This document shows, piece by piece, positions 63,092 through 64,000 of a stretch of 64,000 bases of DNA (position 1 is the first letter of the stretch; each line of letters begins with the position of its first letter). The stretch comes from Eledone cirrhosa (Eukaryota). The notes beneath the pieces are model-generated. The model did not search any database and was not told the origin of the DNA. It saw only the letters and a program-made list of their open reading frames with translations. The DNA lies in the NCBI GenBank assembly GCA_964016885.1, contig OZ024741.1:25606001-25670000 (forward strand). The letters are read 5' to 3'. The position numbers were made by a program, and so were the translations under genes.

Positions 63092-63258
63092 TAAAGGTTA
63101 ATTACATACCATACAAGCAATAACAAATCCAAGACATTGAAGAATGAAAAATAATAATAGACGATAAAGGATATTAAGGAAGTAAAAGTAAAAATAAAGA
63201 TAAAAATAAAAATAAAAATAAAAATAAGATAATAAAATAAACAATGAAAAATAAGGGG

Positions 63259-64000
<742 letters not shown>

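Overview
Eukaryotic, microsatellite-rich animal DNA, probably from a coleoid cephalopod (octopus-like; inferred from the CORE-type SINEs, RTE LINEs and AT/CA microsatellite load). Almost the whole window is intronic to one minus-strand host gene, PINCH (LIMS1/unc-97 family). Seven short coding exons (59587-59702 putative first, 49078-49191, 25143-25188, 22728-22794, 14730-14850, 3830-3901, 2436-2513) splice in phase into LIM1-LIM3, and the gene continues left of the window. The introns contain a complete but decayed CsRn1-clade Gypsy element whose gag carries a 3.6-kb minisatellite, and one intact plus one decayed RTE LINE, each with a PHD finger. They also contain CR1/L2-group LINE fragments, SINEs, MITEs, eight Helitrons, an 11-kb 23-bp satellite and a tRNA-Ala(CGC). 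The most striking element is a 470-bp tandem repeat (29421-31322). Each unit is a highly self-complementary sequence carrying a minimal type I hammerhead ribozyme, resembling a non-LTR retrozyme / circular-RNA element. The array is half inverted and nested inside a Helitron within a PINCH intron. Most ORFs in the supplied track are repeat artefacts.
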